Positions 38,676 to 47,785 of a stretch of DNA of 64,000 nucleotides are shown here, piece by piece; position 1 is the stretch's first letter; every line of letters starts with the position of its first letter. The translations under genes and the position numbers were made by a program. The notes beneath the pieces were generated by a model, which saw only the letters and a program-made list of their open reading frames with translations, had not been told where the DNA came from and did not search any database. The DNA comes from Escherichia phage vB_EcoM_G2133, in sequence record MK327928.1, one strand, 5' to 3'.

Positions 38676-38945
38676 TTATCTAAGTAAGCAGTATGCTTGG
38701 AACACTTTCTCCATCATCTTTTTAAATTCATGAATATCTATGTAATGATCATTAATATCAGCGCGATATAAAAAGTCTAAAAACTTTTTATGGGTATTAG
38801 AATATTTACTTCCAGTTAATTCAGAAACATGGCTTTCCCAATATCCAACACCAGTTTTATTTGGGAAAAATGAAATTTTCATGTATTGGTCAACATAGAA
38901 AATACCAAAATTTTCAATAGCAATAGAAATATTAATTAATTTCAT
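38676..38945 (-). CDS. hypothetical protein
   Basis: 89-aa ORF. Confidence 0.4.
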   Translation of the reverse strand: MKLINISIAIENFGIFYVDQYMKISFFPNKTGVGYWESHVSELTGSKYSNTHKKFLDFLYRADINDHYIDIHEFKKMMEKVFQAYCLLR

Positions 38946-39157
38946 ACATTCATCAACTTAGCCGCTTCGAGAGCTGCATCTAGTGAATCAAATTGGTCAA
39001 CATATTCAATCAATTCGCCGTAATTAGCATATAACCACCATTGGCTAAATTCATACTCAAGGATGAATCCGTTTCCTTCAATTTGAGTTAAACCAATGCC
39101 ATTTGTATTTACTTCATATCCAGCAAGACGCAAATCGTTAATAAGAGCTTCGTTCAT
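38942..39157 (-). CDS. hypothetical small protein
   Basis: 71-aa ORF. Confidence 0.4.
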   Translation of the reverse strand: MNEALINDLRLAGYEVNTNGIGLTQIEGNGFILEYEFSQWWLYANYGELIEYVDQFDSLDAALEAAKLMNV

Positions 39158-39159
39158 AA

Positions 39160-39486
39160 TTATACCTTAGTAATTTTCAGGTCTGCAAATTTTTTCTTGC
39201 GTTGATTTTTCATACGACGAATAGTCTTATCGGAAATTTCATGCTTTTGATAAGCTTTAGATTCTACACCAAAAGCTTTAACATCAAATTCTGACAAGAT
39301 ATATTGAACCAACAATTCACGGACAGTATTGCGTCCAATCTTCTGATCATTCTGTTTCATCGTCTGATGAAGCTCTTTTTCCCATTTATCCAAAATTTGA
39401 GGAGTTACAATATCGCCTTTTTCTAGCAAAGAAACTACTTTATCATATGCGTAAGAATTGATGGCGTTTTTAATTTGAATAGTCAT
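39160..39486 (-). CDS. hypothetical protein
   Basis: 108-aa ORF. Confidence 0.45.
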   Translation of the reverse strand: MTIQIKNAINSYAYDKVVSLLEKGDIVTPQILDKWEKELHQTMKQNDQKIGRNTVRELLVQYILSEFDVKAFGVESKAYQKHEISDKTIRRMKNQRKKKFADLKITKV

Positions 39487-39525
39487 ACATTATCCTCAAT
39501 TACGTTAAAATTTTATTATCCAAAA

Positions 39526-39541
39526 AAGGGCCGAAGCCCTT
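39526..39541 (-). terminator. stem-loop aagggc-cgaa-gccctt
   Basis: 6-bp stem, UUCG loop. Confidence 0.5.
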
Positions 39542-39740
39542 AGCTAAACTTTTTGGCACCCTTCCAGCCTTCATACATCATTGCGGCTGATATTAATATT
39601 GCTCCTGAGCAACTTGAATATTTGTGATTCCAAAACCAGTTCAGAAAAACTTCGTCATCAATACCTTGTGCTATCATATTTTCAAAGAACTGACGACGAG
39701 CTTCGGCAATTCGCTGCGATAATTTAGATTCAGGATTCAT
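39540..39740 (-). CDS. hypothetical small protein
   Basis: 66-aa ORF. Confidence 0.4.
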   Translation of the reverse strand: MNPESKLSQRIAEARRQFFENMIAQGIDDEVFLNWFWNHKYSSCSGAILISAAMMYEGWKGAKKFS

Positions 39741-39872
39741 TTAAATTTCCCAATTACCGTTTTCATCAATAAATTTAATCCAGTCATTTACTGACCACTT
39801 AGTTGTATCACCCTTTGGAGTAACATTTAAAGTGTATAGCCCTTGCTTAAAAAGCATGCGTTTGATATTCAT
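39741..39872 (-). CDS. hypothetical small protein (start ATG 39872, GAGGA site)
   Basis: 43 aa MNIKRMLFKQGLYTLNVTPKGDTTKWSVNDWIKFIDENGNWEI. Confidence 0.35.
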   Translation of the reverse strand: MNIKRMLFKQGLYTLNVTPKGDTTKWSVNDWIKFIDENGNWEI

Positions 39873-39879
39873 ATTTTCC

Positions 39880-40173
39880 TCAGCTGTAACGATAACACTC
39901 GTTTGATTTACGTTTAGCGACTCGTTGAGAAGTATTATAATCAAAATCATCGTCAATGTAAACTGATTTTTTCAACTTTCTTACTTCACCGCGTAATTGA
40001 CGATTTAACTCATCTTTAACTTCTGAATCAATACCTTTCATTCTACGCCATTTATCTGAGCGAAAAATGTTTTCAACCATATCTTTATGACTTACACCGT
40101 CAGGAGCTTTACGCTTTCCGAAATAGTCATAATCACGCACTTTCAAGTCTTTACGACGATACGTTTTACCCAT
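39880..40173 (-). CDS. hypothetical basic protein (start ATG 40173)
   Basis: 97 aa from MGKTYRRKDLK. Confidence 0.45.
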   Translation of the reverse strand: MGKTYRRKDLKVRDYDYFGKRKAPDGVSHKDMVENIFRSDKWRRMKGIDSEVKDELNRQLRGEVRKLKKSVYIDDDFDYNTSQRVAKRKSNECYRYS

Positions 40174-40348
40174 GGAGTTTAATTTCCTTAGCAACTGAAC
40201 TAAATGCAGCACGATCACAAATCATGCGTTTATGTAACTTGAGTATAATATAGCAAACTTCAAAACTATTTACATGAGTAACACGAACAGCATTACCATT
40301 AATGAGATAATACTGTCCCTTTTTAATTTCTTTATCAACCATAACCAT
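40166..40348 (-). CDS. hypothetical small protein
   Basis: 60-aa ORF directly downstream of early promoter 40378..40407. Confidence 0.4.
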   Translation of the reverse strand: MVMVDKEIKKGQYYLINGNAVRVTHVNSFEVCYIILKLHKRMICDRAAFSSVAKEIKLHG

Positions 40349-40377
40349 ATCAATTCCTCAAAGGTAATTCATATGTT

Positions 40378-40407
40378 AATAATACCACGGTTTGAACTTG
40401 TTGTAAA
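40378..40407 (-). promoter_or_regulatory. early promoter (-10 TATATT)
   Basis: GTTTAC (40407..40402), 18-bp spacer, gtggTATATT. Confidence 0.4.
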
Positions 40408-40489
40408 CAACTTTGTGAAAAATATTTTAGGGAATGACAAGAAGGGAACGATAGCTTAGAATGGTAATATACAGAATGTAAGAAAGAAA

Positions 40490-40502
40490 GGCCCAGAGGG
40501 CC
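40490..40502 (-). terminator. short G/C stem-loop downstream of nrdH
   Basis: ggccc-aga-gggcc. Confidence 0.3.
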
Positions 40503-40506
40503 CGCC

Positions 40507-40815
40507 TTAGTCTTCTATGATATCTCTATCATATCCAAGTGAAATGAGAGTTTCTTTGAAGTGTTTAATGTTCTTTTGTCTAGAATCATTGATGAAAATG
40601 ACTGGATAACGAATGTTAAGAGATGTGAATCCAGCGCGTTTAGCAAGAGATACAATCAGTGGACGATCATACTCAATCTTACCATTATTTGTAAGAACTT
40701 TATAGAAAGTAAAAGGAGCATTGAGCTCCTTTAGAAGTTTTGTAACTGATTGACATCCAGGACAACGACCTACTTCATCTGGAATTCCATAGACTTCAAT
40801 CTTATTTTGTTTCAC
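40507..40815 (-). CDS. nrdH: glutaredoxin-like protein NrdH
   Basis: 102 aa; redox motif CPGC. Confidence 0.6.
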   Translation of the reverse strand: MKQNKIEVYGIPDEVGRCPGCQSVTKLLKELNAPFTFYKVLTNNGKIEYDRPLIVSLAKRAGFTSLNIRYPVIFINDSRQKNIKHFKETLISLGYDRDIIED

Positions 40816-40817
40816 AA

Positions 40818-41030
40818 CTATTCCTTACTAAGAGCAGCATTCAGCTTGTTAGTAATTTTATCCAGACGCTCATTGAACTCACTAGAAGATAAGCCCTTTT
40901 CTGGAGAAATCAAACTAATCACGAAAAATATAGCAATAAAAGGAATAAGGAAAATAGCTCCAACTGCCATAAACAGAAAGAATGTTACAGTTGTAAGAAA
41001 ATCAGCTAAACCTTTACGAAATTTATACAT
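40818..41030 (-). CDS. small membrane protein
   Basis: 70 aa with central hydrophobic helix. Confidence 0.4.
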   Translation of the reverse strand: MYKFRKGLADFLTTVTFFLFMAVGAIFLIPFIAIFFVISLISPEKGLSSSEFNERLDKITNKLNAALSKE

Positions 41031-41145
41031 ATTTTACCCTTAATTGATTAACCAAGCATTGATAAGCACTAAACTATACTGTGAATAAAATTCTGGACCA
41101 AAATGAAAAATCATATCATTTATAGTATCCATAATATAATTCAAT

Positions 41146-41616
41146 TTAATCATGTTTCCACACCCCATCGGTATTTGACCAAAGCCGCTGATTATCTGAT
41201 CCTCGCCACAGCTTTTTAGTCGGAAGATTTTTCTCATACTTCCCATCAATAATAACATCAACATATTTAAGCATTTCTAGTTGTTTAATATCTTCAAACT
41301 TATATCCTGTCCACAACCAAATGCTTTTATTGGGATAAAGATTTTTTACTGTTTGAACAATACAATGAATAACATCTCGATTGTCAGGATAGAGAGGGTC
41401 TCCTCCAGTTATAGTCAATCCTTCTATATAATCATTATTCAAACATTCAATTAATTGTTCTAGTGTTTCACCAGTGAATGGAATACCATTTCTAGCATTC
41501 CATGTTGATTTATTATAACACCCTTCACATTTATGCAAACAACCTGTAACGAAAAGAACGACCCTGCAACCAGGGCCATTCACAAAATCGCAAGGATAAA
41601 ATCTATCATAATTCAT
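41146..41616 (-). CDS. nrdG: anaerobic ribonucleotide reductase activating protein NrdG (radical SAM)
   Basis: 156 aa; CLHKCEGCYN cluster motif. Confidence 0.8.
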   Translation of the reverse strand: MNYDRFYPCDFVNGPGCRVVLFVTGCLHKCEGCYNKSTWNARNGIPFTGETLEQLIECLNNDYIEGLTITGGDPLYPDNRDVIHCIVQTVKNLYPNKSIWLWTGYKFEDIKQLEMLKYVDVIIDGKYEKNLPTKKLWRGSDNQRLWSNTDGVWKHD

Positions 41617-43430
41617 TGGTGTTTAACCCTATGCATGATTTCTTTATTTTTGCCGAGATTAAATCCGCGTTCGTTCGGATTTCCCAAATAACCACATGTT
41701 CTTCTTATGGTATTCATCTTTTTAGGATCAGTTTCTCCACAAATAGAACAAACAAATCCGTTTTCAGTAGGAGTCATTTCATGGGTACTTCCACATGTAA
41801 AACATTTATCTACCGGCATGTTAACACCAAAATAATCTAAATGTTGTGCAGCATAATCCCATACAGCCTCAAGACCTTTTAGATTATTTTTCATATCAGG
41901 AAGTTCAACATAAGAAATGTGACCACCTGTCGCAATGAAATGATATGGCGCTTCACGAGAAATCTTTTCAAACGGAGTAATATTTTCTTCTACTGAAACA
42001 TGGAAACTGTTAGTGTACCAGCCTTTATCAGTAACATCTTTTACACTTCCATATTTTTCTGTATCGAGTTTACAGAAGCGATAACAAAGGTTTTCAGCAG
42101 GAGTAGAATATAAACTAAAAGCAAATCCGGTTCTTTCAGTCCACTGTTTAAGATGGGCATTCATTTTAGTTAAAATTTCCTGTCCAATATCACGACCGAC
42201 AAGAATATTCAATTCGTGAATACCAATGTATCCTAGGGACACTGAACTTCTACCGTTTTTAAATAACTCAATTATGTCGTCATCAGGTTTAAGACGAACC
42301 CCGAATGCACCTTCTTGGTAAAGAATAGGAGCAACAGTAGCTTTAACTCCTTTTAAGGAACTAATTCTACACATCAAAGCTTCAAAACATAAATCCATTC
42401 GTTCATTGAATAATTCAACAAATTTCTGTTCATTGAACTGTGTTCCAATATAAGAATCTAACGCTATGCGAGGAAGATTCAATGTTACAACACCAAGATT
42501 ATTACGTCCATCAAGAATTTCATTACCAGTCGAATCTTTCCATACGCTCAAGAAACTACGGCAACCCATTGGAGAAACAGGAACAGATGAACCAGTGATA
42601 GCTTTATTGTTCTTAGCTGAAATAATATCAGGATACATTCTTTTGCTTGCGCACTCTAAAGCAAGCTGTTTAATATCATAGTTCGGATCGTCTTTATAAA
42701 GATTAACACCTTCTTCAACGAACATAACAAGCTTAGGAAAAATAGGAGTTATCCCATCACGACCGAGACCTTTAATACGATTTTTCAGAATTGCTTTCTG
42801 AATCATTCGTTCAGTCCAGTCAGTTCCCGTACCAAATGTAATTGTTACAAAAGGTGTTTGTCCGTTTGAACTAAAGAGAGTATTTACTTCATATTCATAA
42901 GCTTGGAATGCATCGTATACGTCTTTTTCTGTTTTAGATTGAGCATAATTCAGTGCATCGGCGATTTGCCATTTTTCTGCATCCTCAATATGTTTTGCAT
43001 AGGTACGTTTAACATAAGGAGAAAGTACTTTATCTACATTCGCAAAAGTCGTTCCGCCGTACTGGTGTGAAGCAACCTGTGCAGTAATTTGTGCCATAAT
43101 TGCAGTAGCAACACCGATTAATTTAGGAGTTTCAATCTGCGCATTACCAAGCTTAAATCCGTTCTCAAGCATTCCTTTTAAATCTACTAAACAACAATTA
43201 GTAAATGGAAGAGCAGGGGAATAATCAATATCATGGAAATGGATAATTCCGCTTTCATGCGCTTTCATAATAAAAGACGGGACCATATTTTTGGCAATGT
43301 GTTTAGACACAATACCAGCCATAAGGTCCCGTTGAGTTGGAAAAACACGAGAATCTTTATTAGCATTCTCGTTTAAAAGGTCTTTATTAGTTTTATGAAT
43401 CAATCCTTCAATTTCTTTTTCAATTGTCAT
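41613..43430 (-). CDS. nrdD: anaerobic ribonucleotide reductase NrdD, uninterrupted
   Basis: 605 aa; C-terminal glycyl radical motif RRTCGYLG; zinc ribbon CFTCGS...CSICG. Confidence 0.85.
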   Translation of the reverse strand: MTIEKEIEGLIHKTNKDLLNENANKDSRVFPTQRDLMAGIVSKHIAKNMVPSFIMKAHESGIIHFHDIDYSPALPFTNCCLVDLKGMLENGFKLGNAQIETPKLIGVATAIMAQITAQVASHQYGGTTFANVDKVLSPYVKRTYAKHIEDAEKWQIADALNYAQSKTEKDVYDAFQAYEYEVNTLFSSNGQTPFVTITFGTGTDWTERMIQKAILKNRIKGLGRDGITPIFPKLVMFVEEGVNLYKDDPNYDIKQLALECASKRMYPDIISAKNNKAITGSSVPVSPMGCRSFLSVWKDSTGNEILDGRNNLGVVTLNLPRIALDSYIGTQFNEQKFVELFNERMDLCFEALMCRISSLKGVKATVAPILYQEGAFGVRLKPDDDIIELFKNGRSSVSLGYIGIHELNILVGRDIGQEILTKMNAHLKQWTERTGFAFSLYSTPAENLCYRFCKLDTEKYGSVKDVTDKGWYTNSFHVSVEENITPFEKISREAPYHFIATGGHISYVELPDMKNNLKGLEAVWDYAAQHLDYFGVNMPVDKCFTCGSTHEMTPTENGFVCSICGETDPKKMNTIRRTCGYLGNPNERGFNLGKNKEIMHRVKHQ

Positions 43431-43900
43431 TTTAAACTCTTTCTAAGCTGCTTCTTAAATGAAGCTATTAACTGTGTTTTGGTGTCAGATTCATTATATT
43501 CAAATCCTCTTTGAAGCATCTCAGCCATCATTTCCTCTTTTCCTAAACGAGAAAATTCCTTTGATTTATCTCCAACAAAGTTAGGGTGAATATTATTTTG
43601 GGTGTAATCGGATTTTAAATAAGTAAGTAAATTTTCTAACCATTCAAGATAATCAACACCTTGTCCCTTTAAGCCAGAACGATTAAATTTATGCTTCATT
43701 TGACCTTCTGCGGCATTGCAGAGATTACAAAGCAATCCACGTACCTTTCCTGCTTTTGGTCCATTTAATTCATGGTCATGGTCGAGGTGATTAGCTTGAA
43801 CATCAGGATTTAGTTCTCGTTGGCAAATTAAGCATTTACCGTTTTGTGCATCATAAAATTTCTGTTTTTCTTCTTTGTATAATTTGCCAGTCAATAACAT
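43427..43900 (-). CDS. 49: endonuclease VII (Holliday junction resolvase) gp49
   Basis: 157 aa; CLICQ...HLDHDHELNG...CNLCN. Confidence 0.8.
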   Translation of the reverse strand: MLLTGKLYKEEKQKFYDAQNGKCLICQRELNPDVQANHLDHDHELNGPKAGKVRGLLCNLCNAAEGQMKHKFNRSGLKGQGVDYLEWLENLLTYLKSDYTQNNIHPNFVGDKSKEFSRLGKEEMMAEMLQRGFEYNESDTKTQLIASFKKQLRKSLK

Positions 43901-43941
43901 AATAAACCCTTACCTTAAATAGATAAGGGTATTTATTATTT

Positions 43942-44427
43942 TCAAGTATTGTAAAACATTTGATTCAATCGCTTATATTGCCGAATCTTTTGGTCAGAAA
44001 AAGAAATTTGGGTTTCAAGCCATTCAATATATTCTGCCGCAGCTTGCATCAAATTTCCTTCATAGCCATCGTTATTTTCTTGTGCAGCTAATTTAGCTAA
44101 TGCGTATGAAATACGTTCACCTTGAAAATCAGCTTTAGGCTTCTGAACAACTTGATTAGTTCTCTCTACAACTTCTTCAATTTCGCCATTTTCTACTGAT
44201 TCAGTATTCCACAAGCACCAATACGTAATTGGCTTATCGTAGATGTTAATAATCTTTCCATCAGAAAGTTCAATTTCAATAATTCCAGTATCAGGCTCTA
44301 TATCATCTTCACATTCTTTTGCAAGTTCACGAACTTTAAAGACAGTACCTGCACTAAGTTCCGGCCAGTAATTACACAGTCCTGTATCAGCACGATTAAT
44401 TCTAAACCACTTATCTACTGTAATCAT
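43942..44427 (-). CDS. pin: protease inhibitor Pin-like (start ATG 44427)
   Basis: 161 aa from MITVDKWF; track start 44445 is TTG inside the promoter leader. Confidence 0.55.
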   Translation of the reverse strand: MITVDKWFRINRADTGLCNYWPELSAGTVFKVRELAKECEDDIEPDTGIIEIELSDGKIINIYDKPITYWCLWNTESVENGEIEEVVERTNQVVQKPKADFQGERISYALAKLAAQENNDGYEGNLMQAAAEYIEWLETQISFSDQKIRQYKRLNQMFYNT

Positions 44428-44467
44428 GTCCCATCTCCATATCAATTAAGTCATTTATCGTTGGTTC

Positions 44468-44497
44468 ATTATATATTGTTTCTTCATCAGTGTAAAC
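44468..44497 (-). promoter_or_regulatory. T4-type early promoter
   Basis: GTTTAC (44497..44492), 18-bp spacer, TATAAT (44473..44468). Confidence 0.6.
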
Positions 44498-44517
44498 CGG
44501 TTCTTCCTGCTCTGGCT

Positions 44518-44760
44518 CTACAGTTTCCCATCTAGCCGCCCACCAGGGTTTAACCCCCGAAGCTTATTAAGTTCTTCATAATCAATCCAGGATTCTAATC
44601 CTGATGGCAAATCAGATTCAATTTCCCAAAGAAGCTCTTCAATTTTCTGAAGACGATCTAGTTCTTCAGCTGGAATAGTAACCATTGATGGAGTTCTTGA
44701 TACACTAATATCGTAAATCATATTTACCCCAGTTTGACCATGCAATCGCCGTATTTCCAC
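44518..44760 (-). CDS. hypothetical protein
   Basis: 80-aa ORF; C-terminus encoded by an unusually GC-rich patch. Confidence 0.4.
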   Translation of the reverse strand: MEIRRLHGQTGVNMIYDISVSRTPSMVTIPAEELDRLQKIEELLWEIESDLPSGLESWIDYEELNKLRGLNPGGRLDGKL

Positions 44761-44939
44761 TTAGAAATAGACTTTTCGCCATTAGAATAATAAACTTCGA
44801 GTTTAGCACGGTTATTTTTAATTTGAATAATCTTTGCTGTCATCAAAGTTCCATACCCATAATAAACTGCAACTTCATCACCTACATATACCGCGCTTCC
44901 GCGGTAATCATGGATATAGTCAGTTCCTTCGAGCATCAT
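44724..44939 (-). CDS. hypothetical small protein
   Basis: 71-aa ORF. Confidence 0.4.
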   Translation of the reverse strand: MMLEGTDYIHDYRGSAVYVGDEVAVYYGYGTLMTAKIIQIKNNRAKLEVYYSNGEKSISKWKYGDCMVKLG

Positions 44940-45199
44940 TTAAAGTATTCCCGCAATTGGTCAAATCCACCAATATGACTTCCATCAGGAGCAAATACCT
45001 GAGGCATTGTCAATCCAATTTGAGTATCACGACCTAGTTTAGTCAGAAGCTCAGCGATTTTCTCATCATCAAAAACACTTTTTTCCGGCATAATGTTGAT
45101 AAATTCAAACGTCTGTTTCTTCACGGTCAAAAGACGTTTTGCATTATCACAATACACACATTTGTGGATGTTGCTATCATAACCATATACTTTAAACAT
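44936..45199 (-). CDS. nrdC: thioredoxin/glutaredoxin NrdC
   Basis: 87 aa; MFKVYGYDSNIHKCVYCDNAKRLL with CVYC active site. Confidence 0.8.
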   Translation of the reverse strand: MFKVYGYDSNIHKCVYCDNAKRLLTVKKQTFEFINIMPEKSVFDDEKIAELLTKLGRDTQIGLTMPQVFAPDGSHIGGFDQLREYFK

Positions 45200-45200
45200 A

Positions 45201-45443
45201 TTATTCCTTAATTCCTAGTACTTGTTTAAAAGTCTCGTCGTAATCAAGACTTTGGCCCGTTTGTTCTTTATGTTTGTATATAATATCACTTACTTCTGAT
45301 AGCATATTTTTATATGAACGAGTTAAAGCTGATTTAAGCACGCTGTATCTATCAGGAAATTTACCATGTTCATTATAATAAGCTATTGCTAATTCACGGA
45401 CTGCCTTTTCAGCAGTCTCCATATATTCTTTACGCTTTGTCAT
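45201..45443 (-). CDS. hypothetical protein (start ATG 45443)
   Basis: 80 aa from [13 protein letters not shown]. Confidence 0.4.
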
Positions 45444-45744
45444 TTTCTTCTCGGTCAAATCGGTGTTTACAATGGCGACATTTATAACGAAGATTACTAG
45501 TCTGCCAATGGACCAATTGCACCTGTTCAGTTCCACATTCAGGGCAATTAGGAACGTTTTTAGAAGCACGTTCGCGGCGTTCAACCATGACCATTACAGA
45601 ATCCCAATTAATAGGGCTGCTATAATCATCACAACCATGAATCTTTCCACGCATTTCCAAATCGTCTTCTTCACCGGCCATAATAATTTTAATTAAACTG
45701 GAATTACTTGAAGCTGCAATGTCTTCTAATAGACGCTTTTTCAT
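45430..45744 (-). CDS. zinc-ribbon protein
   Basis: 104 aa; CPECG...CRHCKH. Confidence 0.45.
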
Positions 45745-46673
45745 TTCAATATCTCAATAGCATTACGTAAACCATTTGCTTTTGCATTAAGAGCTTTTAA
45801 CAATTTGGTGTGTTCTGCAATTTGGGCTTCAACTTCAATCAAACGAGCATTGAGATATTCGCGTTCTTCACTCAGATTATCAGCCTTTTCTGCTTTAGGT
45901 TCTTTTACAACTTGCTTATATGTATTAGGGTTCTTCAGTTTAATTAGAATGCGTGAACTGTACAGCATTGAACCATTATCTTCGGTTTCGTCATACATTT
46001 CCACTACGTCCATCATCTCCACCATCGTGCAGAGTTTATAAGACAACGAACGAATAATTTTGTTGTGCTTATTAATTTCTCTAGCTGTCATGGTGCCGAG
46101 ATTACGTGAGTAATAATAAGGAACCTGGATATTAATTAATACTGATGAACCACCTGGCTTGTGTGTTACTTCATCAGCAATAACCCAATCCTTAACATGA
46201 ACTGTATTTGTACGGTCATCTCCCGCGGTAAATAGTTTACGAGCATGCTTAAAAAGCATATTCACTTGGTCATTGAATTGACAAGCGAATTTATCAGCAA
46301 ATTTAGTTTCGGGAATGGTAGATAACCAATCAGCCAAATGGGTCTTTTTAACATCGTTAACAATAGTAAATTCAACCAAATCGGTTATAGATGTCTCAGA
46401 TTTAATGAAGCTCGGCTTCATAAAGTTTTTAATGTTATCACTAGCTACAGTAGAAGATAACAGACGAGAACGTTTAAACCATTGAAGCAAATTGCCTAAC
46501 GAATGAGAATAAGCGTTTTGAGTATCTTTACAGATATGATTTTCCTGGCCAACATATTGAAGGAAATCACGAAGAATATTATTATTGATTACTGCCCTGT
46601 GTCCTATCTGATAATTACGATGTTTAGTAATAAGACTGTCAAAATAATCAATATAATGTTTACGAGTTTTCAT
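45741..46673 (-). CDS. coiled-coil C-terminus protein, paralog 1 of 4
   Basis: 310 aa; shared FRxxLKxIL/ASxL motif and C-terminal heptad-repeat helix. Confidence 0.5.
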   Translation of the reverse strand: MKTRKHYIDYFDSLITKHRNYQIGHRAVINNNILRDFLQYVGQENHICKDTQNAYSHSLGNLLQWFKRSRLLSSTVASDNIKNFMKPSFIKSETSITDLVEFTIVNDVKKTHLADWLSTIPETKFADKFACQFNDQVNMLFKHARKLFTAGDDRTNTVHVKDWVIADEVTHKPGGSSVLINIQVPYYYSRNLGTMTAREINKHNKIIRSLSYKLCTMVEMMDVVEMYDETEDNGSMLYSSRILIKLKNPNTYKQVVKEPKAEKADNLSEEREYLNARLIEVEAQIAEHTKLLKALNAKANGLRNAIEILK

Positions 46674-46725
46674 GTTCTTCTCACTTTGTTAATGATTTGT
46701 ACTCCGAGCCATCCTTGGCTTTAAA

Positions 46726-47727
46726 TTACTTAATTAACTGTAAAGCTTGTTCAAGACGATCAAGACGATTAACAGATTCTTCCCAAATCCTTTTAGCCTG
46801 CTCATATTCTTTCTGCGCTTTATTAGAAATTTCTAGAACTTCTTTATAAGCTTTTTCTAGTGCAATAACTTCTGGACGAATTTCTACCGATTCAGGTGAA
46901 TCATCAAGATTATCCATTAGTTCCTCAAGGGTAGTTTCTTCTTTAGGAGTATTCACAATTTCATCACATTTTTGCTGGTAAATTTCTTTATCAGTCGGTG
47001 AGTACGCACACTTTACTTCACGAAGACTAATTACAATTTTATATCCTTCCCAACCACCCATATTTTTGAAAGGATATGTATGAATACTTTTTACAGTTTC
47101 CATACAATCCAAAGCCGTCTCTAATTGATGAGTTATAGTGCTAGCAATTGAGAAAAATTTATTAATATTCTTTTGGTTAGCTTCTGGTGTAAAAAATTCG
47201 TAATTCACAAAAATAGCTACTTTATTTTTATCAAGCTCATATTCTTTTACGATAATCATATCAGAAGCCAAAGGATGAATTTGACGATAATCGCCATAAC
47301 ATAATTTAGAAGCTGATTTTAGAATTTGTCCTTTAAAAAGTCTGAAATTACTAATCCAACGACGAGTAAAAATATTCTTAGGGTCTTCTTTGATATTAAG
47401 ATGATAAGAATTAACATCACCGAACCAATTGTATCCTATTACACCTTTAGTTCGTTTAATTTCTTTCCCAAAATTACCAAGAATATCCCGATTAACTAAA
47501 TATGAAAGAAGACGAGACCCTTTAAAGATTATCTTAATATCATCTTTATCTACACGGCTAGAAATTTCACGAACTTCATGAATAAATTTACTGGAAGAAA
47601 CAATACTTGCATCAATACTACTGAGCCATTGATTGATAATAGAAAGAACAGCGTTCTGACTAGACATGGGTTTAACTTTATCATCAATAACGCTATTGAA
47701 TGATTTGATATATTCGTTACGAGTCAT
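46726..47727 (-). CDS. coiled-coil C-terminus protein, paralog 2 of 4 (start ATG 47727)
   Basis: 333 aa from MTRNEYIKSF; GAGGAG ribosome-binding site. Confidence 0.5.
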   Translation of the reverse strand: MTRNEYIKSFNSVIDDKVKPMSSQNAVLSIINQWLSSIDASIVSSSKFIHEVREISSRVDKDDIKIIFKGSRLLSYLVNRDILGNFGKEIKRTKGVIGYNWFGDVNSYHLNIKEDPKNIFTRRWISNFRLFKGQILKSASKLCYGDYRQIHPLASDMIIVKEYELDKNKVAIFVNYEFFTPEANQKNINKFFSIASTITHQLETALDCMETVKSIHTYPFKNMGGWEGYKIVISLREVKCAYSPTDKEIYQQKCDEIVNTPKEETTLEELMDNLDDSPESVEIRPEVIALEKAYKEVLEISNKAQKEYEQAKRIWEESVNRLDRLEQALQLIK

Positions 47728-47755
47728 ATTAATCTCCTCAGTAGAAAGTAAGAAC

Positions 47756-47785
47756 ATTATACCACATCCTTGTGGCAAAGTAAAC
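47756..47785 (-). promoter_or_regulatory. T4-type early promoter, near-identical to 2484..2513
   Basis: GTTTAC-tttgccacaaggatgtgg-TATAAT. Confidence 0.6.

Noticed and set aside
41040-41264. 74-aa ORF overlapping nrdG
   Set aside because: Most of it overlaps the nrdG C-terminus in a different frame; only a roughly 30-codon tail beyond nrdG could be real and that is not supportable.
44428-44517. Possible frameshifted extension of ORF 44518..44760 (open alternative frame EPEQEEPVYTDEETIYNEPTINDLIDMEMGHDYSR running into pin)
   Set aside because: The stretch contains a canonical early promoter (GTTTAC, 18 bp, TATAAT at 44468..44497) for pin and has no start codon of its own, so promoter read-through is the simpler explanation.
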